A stretch of 64,000 nucleotides of DNA from an uncultured Clostridia bacterium (GTDB taxonomy: Bacteria; Bacillota; Clostridia; Christensenellales; UBA1242), in the NCBI GenBank assembly GCA_947593585.1, contig CANQDP010000004.1, positions 30,227 through 94,226 of the forward strand, given 5' to 3'. The notes below the pieces were generated by a model. That model was not told the origin of the DNA, did not search any database, and was given only the letters and a program-made list of their open reading frames with translations. Positions within the stretch are counted from its first letter, which is position 1, and each line of letters begins with the position of its first letter. Position numbers and translations under genes: made by a program. Positions 23,613 to 33,600 of the stretch are shown here, in pieces.

Positions 23613-24416
23613 TCATTTTTTGTTTCTCTCATATAGATTATAAACATAAGATTTTGTTAGTTTATATTTATCTTTAATCTGTTTAATTGCCTCGTTTTTA
23701 TCTATGGTTTTTGTTAGTTTATTTAACTCGGCAATAATCTCTTTTTCAGCAGGAACCTCGCCTGTTTTAGCCGCGTTTTTTATAACCAAAACAAACTCGC
23801 CTTTGGGCTCATTTAATTCAAAAGGAAGGGTGGCAAAAATCACATTTTCATGCAGTTTTGTTATTTCGCTAACTATGGCAATTTCTGCATTTCCAAGTGT
23901 CAAAAATAGATTGTTTAAATCCTTATTGATGTTATATTTTGATGAATATAAGATGCACGTGCCGTCAAAATTTTTTATGCCCTCCAACTGTTGCTTCATC
24001 TCTTTATTTTTTTCGCTCAAAAAGCCAAAAAACGCAAATTTGCTTGCATCAAAACCTGATAAAACAAGGGCAGAAAGCCCCGCATTTGCGCCGGGGATAA
24101 TCGTGAATTTGATATTTTGCTCAATCAGTTTTTTTGCCAAAATATTGCCCGGGTCGCTAATCACAGGCATACCAGCATCGCTAATAATTGCAATGTTTTT
24201 GCCCGCTTTTTCCAACTCAATTATGCCGTCAGCACTCGTGTTCTCATTAAATTTATGATAGGCAATAGTTTTGGCTTTAATGCCATAATGGTCAAGCAAA
24301 ATTTTGCTATGCCGCGTGTCCTCACACGCAATAACATCGCAATTTTTAAGCACTTCAACCGCTCTAAAACTAAAATCATCGAGATTGCCAATCGGCGTTG
24401 CAACAAAATAAATCAT
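23613..24416 (-). CDS. rsmI: 16S rRNA C1402 2'-O-methyltransferase
   Basis: YFVATPIGNL, ACEDTR, SDAGMPVISDPG, EITKLHE, KGEFVL. Confidence 0.95.
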   Translation of the reverse strand: MIYFVATPIGNLDDFSFRAVEVLKNCDVIACEDTRHSKILLDHYGIKAKTIAYHKFNENTSADGIIELEKAGKNIAIISDAGMPVISDPGNILAKKLIEQNIKFTIIPGANAGLSALVLSGFDASKFAFFGFLSEKNKEMKQQLEGIKNFDGTCILYSSKYNINKDLNNLFLTLGNAEIAIVSEITKLHENVIFATLPFELNEPKGEFVLVIKNAAKTGEVPAEKEIIAELNKLTKTIDKNEAIKQIKDKYKLTKSYVYNLYERNKK

Positions 24417-25090
24417 TTAATTTCCTCTTTTAGAATTCTAACACCCGGGTTGGCGTTTTTCACTGCTTCAATCAGCACCAAATACGCCTCTTTTTGGTTA
24501 GTGAAAATAAATTTCATTTTTTTCACTTCTAGTTTATAATTGTGGCAAAGGGCAACAAGTTCAGCCGAGCGCGATGCCAAATGCACCATATAAAGCCGAC
24601 CCTTATCCTTAATCAGTTCGCTAGATTTTTTTATAATGTCCTCAAGTGTTGCTTCAATTTCGTGGCGAGCAAGTGCAATTTCTTTTTTTTCATTGATAAG
24701 GCTTTTCCCATTCACTTTTTGATAGGGCGGATTGCATATCACCACATCAACGGGCTTATTAAAATCACTCAGTTTCAAATCTTTTAAATTGCAATTAAAA
24801 ATCTTGCTTTTGCGCTTAAAATTATTAAATTTTATGTTCTCTTCAATAATTTTGCACATTTCTGGCTGAATTTCGTTTAAATAAAGGTGGTTGAAAGGGC
24901 AGAGCGAATACGTATAAAAACTAATAATTCCACTGCCGGCGCAAAGTTCTAACACATTATCTGTGTGCTTAATGTTGCAAAACTTGGCAAGCAAAACAGC
25001 GTCTTGCGTAAACTTATATAGTTCTTCACTTTGGTAAACCGAAATTCCGTTACCAAAGTTTTCAAGTTTAAAGTTATCTATGTTTTTCAT
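24413..25090 (-). CDS. tRNA1(Val) m6A37 methyltransferase (YabB/TrmN6-like)
   Basis: FTQDAVLLA, LELCAGSG, CNPPY, ARHE. Conserved position before rsmI. Confidence 0.88.
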   Translation of the reverse strand: MKNIDNFKLENFGNGISVYQSEELYKFTQDAVLLAKFCNIKHTDNVLELCAGSGIISFYTYSLCPFNHLYLNEIQPEMCKIIEENIKFNNFKRKSKIFNCNLKDLKLSDFNKPVDVVICNPPYQKVNGKSLINEKKEIALARHEIEATLEDIIKKSSELIKDKGRLYMVHLASRSAELVALCHNYKLEVKKMKFIFTNQKEAYLVLIEAVKNANPGVRILKEEIK

Positions 25091-25478
25091 TTGTCCCCTT
25101 AATCACAATCCAACCAGCACCATTGCTGCGTTTAACTTTAAATGGCTTAACTCTTTCAACATTTTCAAGCCAAATAAGAGTGCAATATTTCTTTTGTAGC
25201 GTTGTTTCCCAATCTTCAAATTTGTCTGTTCCTATTTGCCGACCATATTGTTGCCTTATTTCATCAACCTTTGTAGGTGTAAGTTCATAATATTTCACTT
25301 CTCGCACCTTTGCCGTTGCAGTAACATCTTTGCCTGTTTCTTTTAGAAAAATAGTGTCGCCTTTACTAACCTTGTTGTATGGTGCAACTTTGTGCATAGA
25401 CCATCGGCTTTCAATAGTCTTTTCTCCACTTAAAACCATATCATAAAAAGGTTGTTTTAAAATCGCCAAATGCTTCAT
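25074..25478 (-). CDS. ASCH/PUA-like domain protein
   Basis: PFYDMVLSGEKTIESR (GxKxxExR motif). SD before ATG 25478. Confidence 0.85.
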   Translation of the reverse strand: MKHLAILKQPFYDMVLSGEKTIESRWSMHKVAPYNKVSKGDTIFLKETGKDVTATAKVREVKYYELTPTKVDEIRQQYGRQIGTDKFEDWETTLQKKYCTLIWLENVERVKPFKVKRSNGAGWIVIKGTNEKHR

Positions 25479-25512
25479 ATCCACTCCCAAAAACAATTAT
25501 GATTTAGTGAAT

Positions 25513-26316
25513 TTATTTCGTTCTTTTTGCCTTTTCAATCTTAATGTCCGCAAGGTCATAAACTTTTTGCTCAGTGCTATCGTCTTTCACAAAATTAACA
25601 GTTACAGTTTCTTTTAAAAAGTCTGTGGCAGCCACAGTGCCAACCCCATCAGGCGTGGTTACAGATGCATTAACTTTTGGCATTTTCTTTTGCATCTGTG
25701 CATAAAATTCATCTTCATATTTTAAGCAGCAGAGCAACCTGCCACACATTCCATTAATGCGGGTGGGGTTGAGCGCAATGTTTTGATTTTTTGCCATTTT
25801 GATGGACACTTTGTCAAAATCATTTAAATAAAGTTTGCAGCAAGTTTCACGCCCGCAAATGCCAATCGCACCGATGGTTTTAGTTTCATCACGGTTGCCA
25901 ATTTGACGCATCTCAATGCGAGATTTATACTTCGCACCCAACACTTTTAATAGTTCCCTAAAATCAACACGCTCATCGGCAGTGTAGTTCACTGTCAGTT
26001 TGCTCCTATCTAAATTTGTGGTGATAAAGCCAATTTTCATGTCCAAATTCAGTTTTTCTGTTTCCTTTTTAATTTCAGGCAAAAGTGTGCGTGTGTAGTG
26101 GCAATTTTCACAATGTTTTAAATTATCCTCCTTAGAAGCAGCACGCACAATCGGCACTAAATCTGCGGTGTCTATGTTCACCACGCCTTTAATAACGCCG
26201 AGTTCAAAACTGCCCGCATTGTTCACCACCACTCTATCTCCACGCTTAAAATTGGCAGTTTCTTTTGCGTAAACCGACATAGGCGTGTTAAATAAAACTA
26301 TTTCCATCACTTGCAT
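25513..26316 (-). CDS. ricT: RicT/YaaT (PSP1 domain) protein
   Basis: RVDFRELLK, RIEMRQIG, CGRETCC, MAKNQ, GMCGRLLCCLKYE. Confidence 0.93.
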   Translation of the reverse strand: MQVMEIVLFNTPMSVYAKETANFKRGDRVVVNNAGSFELGVIKGVVNIDTADLVPIVRAASKEDNLKHCENCHYTRTLLPEIKKETEKLNLDMKIGFITTNLDRSKLTVNYTADERVDFRELLKVLGAKYKSRIEMRQIGNRDETKTIGAIGICGRETCCKLYLNDFDKVSIKMAKNQNIALNPTRINGMCGRLLCCLKYEDEFYAQMQKKMPKVNASVTTPDGVGTVAATDFLKETVTVNFVKDDSTEQKVYDLADIKIEKAKRTK

Positions 26317-27233
26317 AAAAATCTCTCCTTCAAAATGTTAAAAAGCAAATTGTCTAGAATATAAGAAAAATTCACATTTGCCATTAATTTTTTATAACTT
26401 TCATCAATTAAAGGCAAACACTTCATTAGTGCTTTTTTATTAAACTTTGCCTTAACGGGTGCAAGCACACTTTCATCAAATTTGTTTTCTTTTTCATTCA
26501 AGCAATTTAAAAATATGTCTAACATACACCCTAAAAATAAAGGTTTATCTTCAACTTCAATCGCTGACACCACTCTTGGAATGTCCGCCGTAGAATTAAG
26601 ATTTGAGAATAGGTCTATAATTGAAGCCACAGTTGCCTGATAACTAGTGTTAGTGGCAAGATTGAGCATCTCAGTTAGCGAAAAATCTCTGCCAACATAA
26701 GAGCGAATGTCCACTCCACCAGCCATAAGTTCGCTCGCAATTTTTTCCTTATCTTGCACGCTAAAATTCGGCACAAACACTTTTTTGAGCCTGCTAAGAA
26801 TTGTGGGCAAAAGTTTATCCGTTTTAGTTGTTGTCAAAATAAACACAGCGCTCTCGGTGGGCTCTTCAAGTGATTTTAAAAGTTTGTTTTGAGCCGTTTC
26901 GTTAATCACTTCGGCATTGAGAATTACAAACACCTTTTTATTAGACGAAATTGGCTTAGTGGATAATTTTTCGATAATAGCACGCACATCGTCCACTTTC
27001 ACACTGTCTTGCTCCAAAATTAGCACATCGGGGTGGGAATTTGCCAAAAATTGTTTGCAATTTGGGCATTTTCCGCACGAAGAATTGGTGTTGCACACTA
27101 ACGAACGGGCAAAAGATAGCGCAATTTGGTTGTTTTTTTCTTTATCTGCTGAAAAGAAAAGATAGGCGTGAGATACGTTCCCGCCCAATTTAAGTGAAGA
27201 ATAAGCGTCTGTGTCTTTAATGCACTCCAACAT
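26307..27233 (-). CDS. holB: DNA polymerase III delta' subunit
   Basis: SHAYLF, CGKCPNC, HPD, AQNKLLKSLEEP, LLPTILSR. Confidence 0.93.
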   Translation of the reverse strand: MLECIKDTDAYSSLKLGGNVSHAYLFFSADKEKNNQIALSFARSLVCNTNSSCGKCPNCKQFLANSHPDVLILEQDSVKVDDVRAIIEKLSTKPISSNKKVFVILNAEVINETAQNKLLKSLEEPTESAVFILTTTKTDKLLPTILSRLKKVFVPNFSVQDKEKIASELMAGGVDIRSYVGRDFSLTEMLNLATNTSYQATVASIIDLFSNLNSTADIPRVVSAIEVEDKPLFLGCMLDIFLNCLNEKENKFDESVLAPVKAKFNKKALMKCLPLIDESYKKLMANVNFSYILDNLLFNILKERFLCK

Positions 27234-27333
27234 ATTTTCATTATAGCATAATCTTTGAAATTTTACAAATGAAATCAGTTGACTTAAACTTTTATTTGTT
27301 TTATATTAATAATAAGTTATAAGGAGGGTTTTT

Positions 27334-27834
27334 ATGTCAACAACTAAAAGGTCATTCATGCTTTCGGGTTCAATCATCAGCATAGTGCTTTCAGTTATTT
27401 TAATTGCTTTTGGCTCAATTCTCATCATTTTAGCGCCTCATCTCACAACTGATAATTTTGTGAAAATCTATGAGAGCGACACAGTGAATTATGAAAAACA
27501 TCTAGATGATGCGGGCGAAATTGATTATTTCATTGAAAAGGGCACTGACCCAGCGGTTAAAGTGTATGTGAAGGATTTGGATTCACTTTCAAAGGTTTTG
27601 AACACATCTTTAAAAGTGCTTGGCGGTATAATTGTCGGCGTGCAGGTGGCAACACTTGTGTTCAGCATCCTAGTTATTGGTGCATCAGTTAAAGGGAAAA
27701 GTAAAATTGGCTTAATCATCACCTTGCTGATATTAAGCATCTTCAGTTGTAATGTTCTCACATTTGCATTTATGATTGTATGCTTGTGCTTAAAGGATAA
27801 GCCGGAAGTAGAGATAGAAACGAAACAAGCATAA
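27334..27834 (+). CDS. Membrane protein, unknown function
   Basis: AAGGAGG SD and 3-4 hydrophobic segments. Confidence 0.8.
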   Translation: MSTTKRSFMLSGSIISIVLSVILIAFGSILIILAPHLTTDNFVKIYESDTVNYEKHLDDAGEIDYFIEKGTDPAVKVYVKDLDSLSKVLNTSLKVLGGIIVGVQVATLVFSILVIGASVKGKSKIGLIITLLILSIFSCNVLTFAFMIVCLCLKDKPEVEIETKQA

Positions 27835-28036
27835 CAACAAGACAATTTCTCAAATTGGCTTATTAATTGCTTGTGCTTAAAGGATAAGCCAGAAGTAGAG
27901 ATAGAAACGAAACAAGCATAACAACAAGACAATTTCCCAAATTGGCTTATTAATTGCTTGTGCTTAAAAGATAAGCCAGAAGTAGAGATAGAAACGAAAC
28001 AAGCATAACAACAAGACAATTCCCAAATTGGCTTAT
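27781..28036. repeat. Tandem repeat, 87-bp unit, about 3 copies
   Basis: Units start at 27781, 27868 and 27955 (TGCTTGTGCTTAAAGGATAAGCC...AAATTGGCTTATTAAT) with a few substitutions and one indel. Confidence 0.97.
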
Positions 28037-28066
28037 AAAAAAATAGGGCAGTTATCCCTATTTTTT
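28037..28066. terminator. Bidirectional terminator
   Basis: AAAAAATAGGG-CAGTTAT-CCCTATTTTTT between convergent genes. Confidence 0.85.
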
Positions 28067-28541
28067 AGTTTGCTTTAATCTTAATGATTTTATATTCCAC
28101 AGCACCGGCAGGCGTTTTAATTAGCGTAACATCATTTAATTTTTTGCCCACTAAGCCCGCTCCAATTGGTGAAGTGTTGCTAATAAGCCCATTCAATGGG
28201 TCGCTATCCACATCTCCAACGATTTTATATTCAAGTGTTTGATTGGTTTTTGTGTTCTTAATTGTAACTCTGCAACCAATGCTCACTTTGCTTGTGCTAA
28301 TCTTTTTGCCGTCAATAATTTCCGCTGATTTAATTTTGTTTTCAAGCTCAAAAATTTCTTCTTCAACAGTCGCCTGCTCAGCCCTGGCAATTTCATACTC
28401 ATTGTTTTCGCTCAAATCGCCATAACTTCTTGCTTCGGCAATTTTTTTCGCAACTTCTTGCCTTTTTTCGCCTTTTAGATATTCAAGCCTTTCCTTTGTG
28501 CGTTGCAAACCCTCGCTAGTCATAAAATTCTTTTCGTCCAT
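28065..28541 (-). CDS. greA: Transcription elongation factor GreA
   Basis: ARSYGDLSENNEY and ISNTSPIG. AAGGAGG SD before ATG 28541. Confidence 0.97.
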   Translation of the reverse strand: MDEKNFMTSEGLQRTKERLEYLKGEKRQEVAKKIAEARSYGDLSENNEYEIARAEQATVEEEIFELENKIKSAEIIDGKKISTSKVSIGCRVTIKNTKTNQTLEYKIVGDVDSDPLNGLISNTSPIGAGLVGKKLNDVTLIKTPAGAVEYKIIKIKAN

Positions 28542-28708
28542 AATGCCTCCTTCGGTCAATAAATAATTGCAATAGATTTCCTATCGCAACATTGTCATTA
28601 TATCATTAAAATTTGATAAATGTCAAGTGTTTTTTTGTGCTTGACACGATAATTGACAACATAATATATGCAAAAAATAAAAAATTAGTAAAATTTTATT
28701 CAATTTTT

Positions 28709-28969
28709 TTAATTTGTTTCTTTCATGAGCTCCAGCACAAACTTTTCAAAGTTGACCGACTCCACAAAATCATCCGGCCTAAACACTGAGATGTGGAAAA
28801 GGTTGAAGTCATACACATGCTTATCCAAAAGCACAGGTGTGGGGATATTTAAGCGGTGGCTAACTTGCTGCAACATATCAAAAAATGAGCATGATTTTTC
28901 ATCAATGTCCACCACAACGCCTTTGATGACCTTATCGTCAACGGTCAGTTTTCCCCAAATTTTTATCAT
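28709..28969 (-). CDS. Small hypothetical protein
   Basis: 86-aa ORF with leaderless sigmaA promoter. Confidence 0.75.
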   Translation of the reverse strand: MIKIWGKLTVDDKVIKGVVVDIDEKSCSFFDMLQQVSHRLNIPTPVLLDKHVYDFNLFHISVFRPDDFVESVNFEKFVLELMKETN

Positions 28970-29067
28970 AGTTTTATTTTAAGATAATCTCCAAAAAAAA
29001 GCAATCATTTTGCCAGCAGTTTAATTTTTTATTTGACAAATTTGATTGCTTTTATTAATATAAAGTT

Positions 29068-30231
29068 ATGAACGATTTTGTTGCATTAAATTATATTGAA
29101 GAATATGATGTGAAGAAGATAGAAGAGGCATTGCGTGCGTCAATCTCTCTTTTAAATCTCGAAAAAGTTATAAAGCCAAAAATGAAAGTGCTAATCAAAG
29201 TTAATCTTCCATACGAGGCTTCGCCAAATCAGGCAATCACCACCAATCCTGCCGTTGTGTGCGCCCTTGCAAATGTCCTCACAAGCATGGGGGTGAAATG
29301 CATTGTGGCGGATAGTCCATTTAGTTCGAAAAACTCGCTAGATTCCGTTTATTTTCAAACGGGCATGCTAGATGCAGCAAATAGGTCGAATTTCAGCCTA
29401 AATCACGACCTTTCATCGTCAGAAATTGAAATCCCTAGCGGCACGATGGCAAAATCCTTGCTTATGCTGAATGTGTTAGATGAAGTGGATGCGATTGTTA
29501 ATGTGGGCAAGGTTAAGATAGACAAACGCTTTGGTTATCTTGGTGCAGCGTCAAATCTTTTAGGCCTTTTGCCAGGTGAATATAAAGACTTAATTTTAAA
29601 TCGTCTTGCCACGCTCAAAGATTTCAACAATTTGTTGATAGATATTTTCACAACGATAAAATCCAAACTTATGTTCAATGTGCTAGACGGAATTGTGGCT
29701 CAAGAAGCGGGGGATAGCCAGCGCGTGCTGTCTTGCTTGGCAATGAGCGAAAATTTGTTTGCGCTTGATGCCGCTTTAATAAACATCCTTTCAATTCCTA
29801 TGGAAAACACAATTCTCAATCAAGCGGCAGAGAGAGAACTTATAAATCTTTCTCACCCTTATAAAACATTAAACGAAGAGCCTGCAAAATTTAAGGTGGA
29901 AGATTTTGCTCTTGCCGACTTTAATAATTCCACACTGGTTAATAAAAATGCTAGGCAACAAAAATCTTATTTCAATTCGCATCAAAAACGAGTTGTTATA
30001 AAACCTAAAAAATGCAAGGGGTGTGGGGTGTGCAGCAAAATTTGCCCAACGGGTGCAATTATGATGAAGTATGATAAAAACGGCGAATTGTTTGCAAGTG
30101 TGGATTATTCAAAATGTATATTCTGCTTTAAGTGCAAAGAGGCTTGCCCTTATCAGGTGGTGGACTTCCACACACCGCTTGGATATAAATCATTAATGCG
30201 TGAAATAAAAACGGATGGCGAAAATAAATAA
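29068..30231 (+). CDS. DUF362-like protein with C-terminal 2x[4Fe-4S] ferredoxin
   Basis: KVLIKVN...TTNPAVV and ADSP. CKGCGVCSKICP and CIFCFKCKEACP cluster motifs. Confidence 0.82.
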   Translation: MNDFVALNYIEEYDVKKIEEALRASISLLNLEKVIKPKMKVLIKVNLPYEASPNQAITTNPAVVCALANVLTSMGVKCIVADSPFSSKNSLDSVYFQTGMLDAANRSNFSLNHDLSSSEIEIPSGTMAKSLLMLNVLDEVDAIVNVGKVKIDKRFGYLGAASNLLGLLPGEYKDLILNRLATLKDFNNLLIDIFTTIKSKLMFNVLDGIVAQEAGDSQRVLSCLAMSENLFALDAALINILSIPMENTILNQAAERELINLSHPYKTLNEEPAKFKVEDFALADFNNSTLVNKNARQQKSYFNSHQKRVVIKPKKCKGCGVCSKICPTGAIMMKYDKNGELFASVDYSKCIFCFKCKEACPYQVVDFHTPLGYKSLMREIKTDGENK

Positions 30232-30362
30232 AAATTTTAAATATTTTCAAAAAAATACATAAAAACGCCAAAAAAATTAAAAATTTTGGTGTTTTTTTGT
30301 TGTCTATTTCATTTTTAGAATAAAATTTGAAAACAAAAACAAAATAGAAAAAAGAGGTTATT

Positions 30363-30614
30363 ATGAGAATTTTCGCTTTTATTTTAACTTGCTTGGGCGG
30401 ACTAAATTGGTTGATGATTGGTGCACTTCAATATGATTTTGTTGCTGGCATTTTTGGCACACAAGCAAATGTGCTTAGCCGAATTATCTATTTCTTGATT
30501 GGCATTGCTAGCATATACATTTTGATTGTTACAGTTTTTGGCAAAGGAAGGTTAAAACTTTTTGGCTATAAGAAAAAGAAAGAGCCCAAAAGAACAGAGG
30601 TTGAGGATTTTTAA
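30363..30614 (+). CDS. DUF378 (YuzA-like) small membrane protein
   Basis: GGLNWLMIG...DFVAGIFG...SRIIYFLIGIA. Confidence 0.88.
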   Translation: MRIFAFILTCLGGLNWLMIGALQYDFVAGIFGTQANVLSRIIYFLIGIASIYILIVTVFGKGRLKLFGYKKKKEPKRTEVEDF

Positions 30615-30638
30615 AAAATTGCCCAAGCGGGCAATTTT

Positions 30639-33600
30639 TTATTCCACCACCTTTATGCAATCTTTTGGCAAAATTGTTTCAAGCTCAAATTTCAAACTTT
30701 CGCGAATTGTAACCAAGTGGTTTGTTTTGTATGCTTTGTTTGAAGCAGTGTCCTTAATAAACACTTCGTCAATTCCATTATATTCACCCAAAATCTTTTC
30801 CACGGCCTTGTGCAAAATGCCGTCTGCAAGATTATATTTTAACCACAACTTTTTAGGTTTTTGTACTTCCACTTCTTTTTCTTTTTCAGGAGTTTCTTTT
30901 TCACCGTGTTCAAGCAATTCGATGTTGCTGATTGTGATAGAAGGGCGGTGCCCTTCGCGTACTGTGAACCTGCCTTTGATTGCCACCAATATGTCTTTTG
31001 CAAGCATTTCTCTAAATTTATCATATTGTTTTGAGAAAACGAAAGCGTCAAAAGTGCCCGTCAAATCTTCAATGGTAAGGATTGCCATTCTGCTTCCCGT
31101 TTTGGTGGTTATCACTTTAATGTCTGCAATCACACCGCCACAAGTTACCATATCGCCATCTTTCAAGCCGTTATAAAGTTCTTCTTGAACCTCCTCGTTT
31201 TCATCTTCAATAATTTGTTGAGAAGTGAGCGGAGCTTCATCGCTTTGCTCTTCATCTTCTTCCACATCTTCACTTGGCAAATAACTAGAATTAAATGTGA
31301 AATCTTTAATCACATCTAAGAAAGTGTCTAGTGGATGGCCGGATAGATAAGTGCCCGCAATTTCTTTTTCATATTGTAGCTTCACATTAGAAACATATTC
31401 GCTGATGTTTGGATATTCGTTTTCTTCAATGAGTTTTGTGTCCTCAATAATGTCGCCAAACAGATCCATCTGCCCGTTCATAGATTTTTTCTTGCGCTCA
31501 TAAGCCCTGTCAACCACCACACTGAAAACTGCCATCATTTGGCTTCTGGTTTTATTAAAGCAATCAAACGCACCCGATTTAATCAGTGCCTCAATACATT
31601 TTTTATTGACCGCTTGCCCATCACATCGCCAAATAAAGTCACTTAAATCTTTAAAATCGCCGTTTTTATTTCGTTCTGCAATGATGTTTTCGATGTTGGA
31701 AACTCCCACATTTTTAAGCCCTGCAAGCCCAAATCTAATCGTTTTTCCGTCCGTTGAGAAATATGTTTGGCTCTTATTAATATCTGGCGGCAACACCTTT
31801 AAATTTTCTTCTTTTGCATAGGCGAGATAATGCTTGATTTTATCGCTTTTTGAAATGCGGTTATTGAAAAGGGCAGTGATAAATTCCGGCTCATAATAAC
31901 ACTTTAAATAGGCGGTTTGATAGGTGATAAGTGAATAAGCCGCAGCATGAGATTTGTTGAATGCATAAGAGGCAAAGTCTTCCATGTCCGCCCAAATTTT
32001 ATTTGCAATTTCTTCGCTAACGCCGTTTGCCACACAGCCTTTAATTGCCGGCTCATGCTTGCCATGGTCGTCCACAAACGCTTCACGCCCGTGAAGGAAT
32101 GCCTCTTTCCATTTCATCATTTCCGCAATCTTTTTCTTGCCCATAGCACGCCTAATGTTATCCGCCTGCCCGAGCGAGAAACCTGCCAAGTCTTGGCACA
32201 CCCTCATGACTTGCTCTTGATAGACCATATATCCGTGCGTAACCTTTAAAATTGGCTCTAAGAGAGGGTGGTCATAGCGCGTGTCCTCTGGGTGATGTTT
32301 GTTGTGGACATAAGCGGGGATATATTTCATTGGGCCGGGGCGGTAGAGCGACACGGCTGCCACAATGTCTTCTATGCAGTTTGGTTGAAGTTCTTTTAAA
32401 AACCTTTTAAACCCGCCAGATTCAATTTGGAAAATGCCGTCAGTGTTGCCTGATGAGATGAGTTTAAACACATTTGGGTCGTCATAATTCGATTTGTCAA
32501 AATCAATTTCAACCCCATGATTTTCTTTAATAAGTTTTAGAGCACCCTTAATATCTGTCAGGTTGCAAAGAGCCAAGAAGTCCATTTTAAGGTGGCCTAA
32601 ATGCTCCATATCCACGCCTTCATATTGCGTGCAAATAAGGTCGCCATTTCGGCTGAGTGGCACGTGTTTATCCAAAATGTCTGCACCAATAATAACGCCA
32701 CATGGGTGAATGGATTGTTGTCTTGGGAAATCTTCAACCTTCATAGCGATGTCCACCACTTTTTTCACTTGTGCATCATTATTATAAAGCTCAACAAGTT
32801 CTGGCACGGCATACACTGTGCCAAAGTCTTTATCTCCCTCCTTAGGAATATGAAAACCAAACACCTTAGGCAAAATTGGGCTTTTATACATAGGGATAGA
32901 TTTAGTTATCCTATCTGTAACAGAATAAGGCACTCGCAACACTCTTCCCACATCTTTAATTGCGTTTTTTGCTTTCATTGTGCCAAAAGTGATAATGCGC
33001 GCCACTCTGTCATCGCCATATTTTTTGCGCACATACTCAATAATTTCATCGCGCCTAACATCTTCAAAGTCCACATCAAAGTCGGGCGCAGACACACGCT
33101 CGCTATTCAAAAATCTTTCAAAGTATAGTTCGTATTTTAGCGGGTCAATGTTGGTGATGCCCATGGTGTAAGCCACAACTGAGCCCGCACCCGAGCCACG
33201 CCCCGGGCCAACAGAAATGCCCATTTTGCGTGCGGCGTTGATATAATCCCACACAATTAAGAAGTATTCAATAAAGCCTTGCTTTTCAATGACGCCAACT
33301 TCCATATTCACACGGTCGCGGATTTTATCATTCCACTCGCCATATTTTTTCTTCACGCCTTCATCAACTAGCCTTAGCAAATATTCTTTTGGTGTTGCTC
33401 CCACTTGCTCGTTATATCCGCCTTCTGGGGTGTAGTGTGGAAACAAATAATGTCCATAAACAAAGTCATAATTGCACTTGTCCGCAATTTCAAGCGTGGT
33501 TTCGAGCGCATCTTCATCGTTTGGCAACCCTTCTAACATCTGGTCATAGGTTTTGAAATACAACTCATCGGTTGGAAACTTCATTCTGTCCGGGTCATCA

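Noticed and set aside
27525-28019. Minus-strand 164-aa Cys-rich repeat ORF
   Set aside because: Antisense shadow of the membrane gene and the in-frame tandem repeat, with no SD or promoter.
27781-28036. CRISPR array
   Set aside because: Whole 87-bp units repeat with no unique spacers, and there are no cas genes.
30562-31176. 204-aa plus-strand ORF overlapping the dnaE end
   Set aside because: Antisense to dnaE, overlaps DUF378 out of frame, and has no coding signal.
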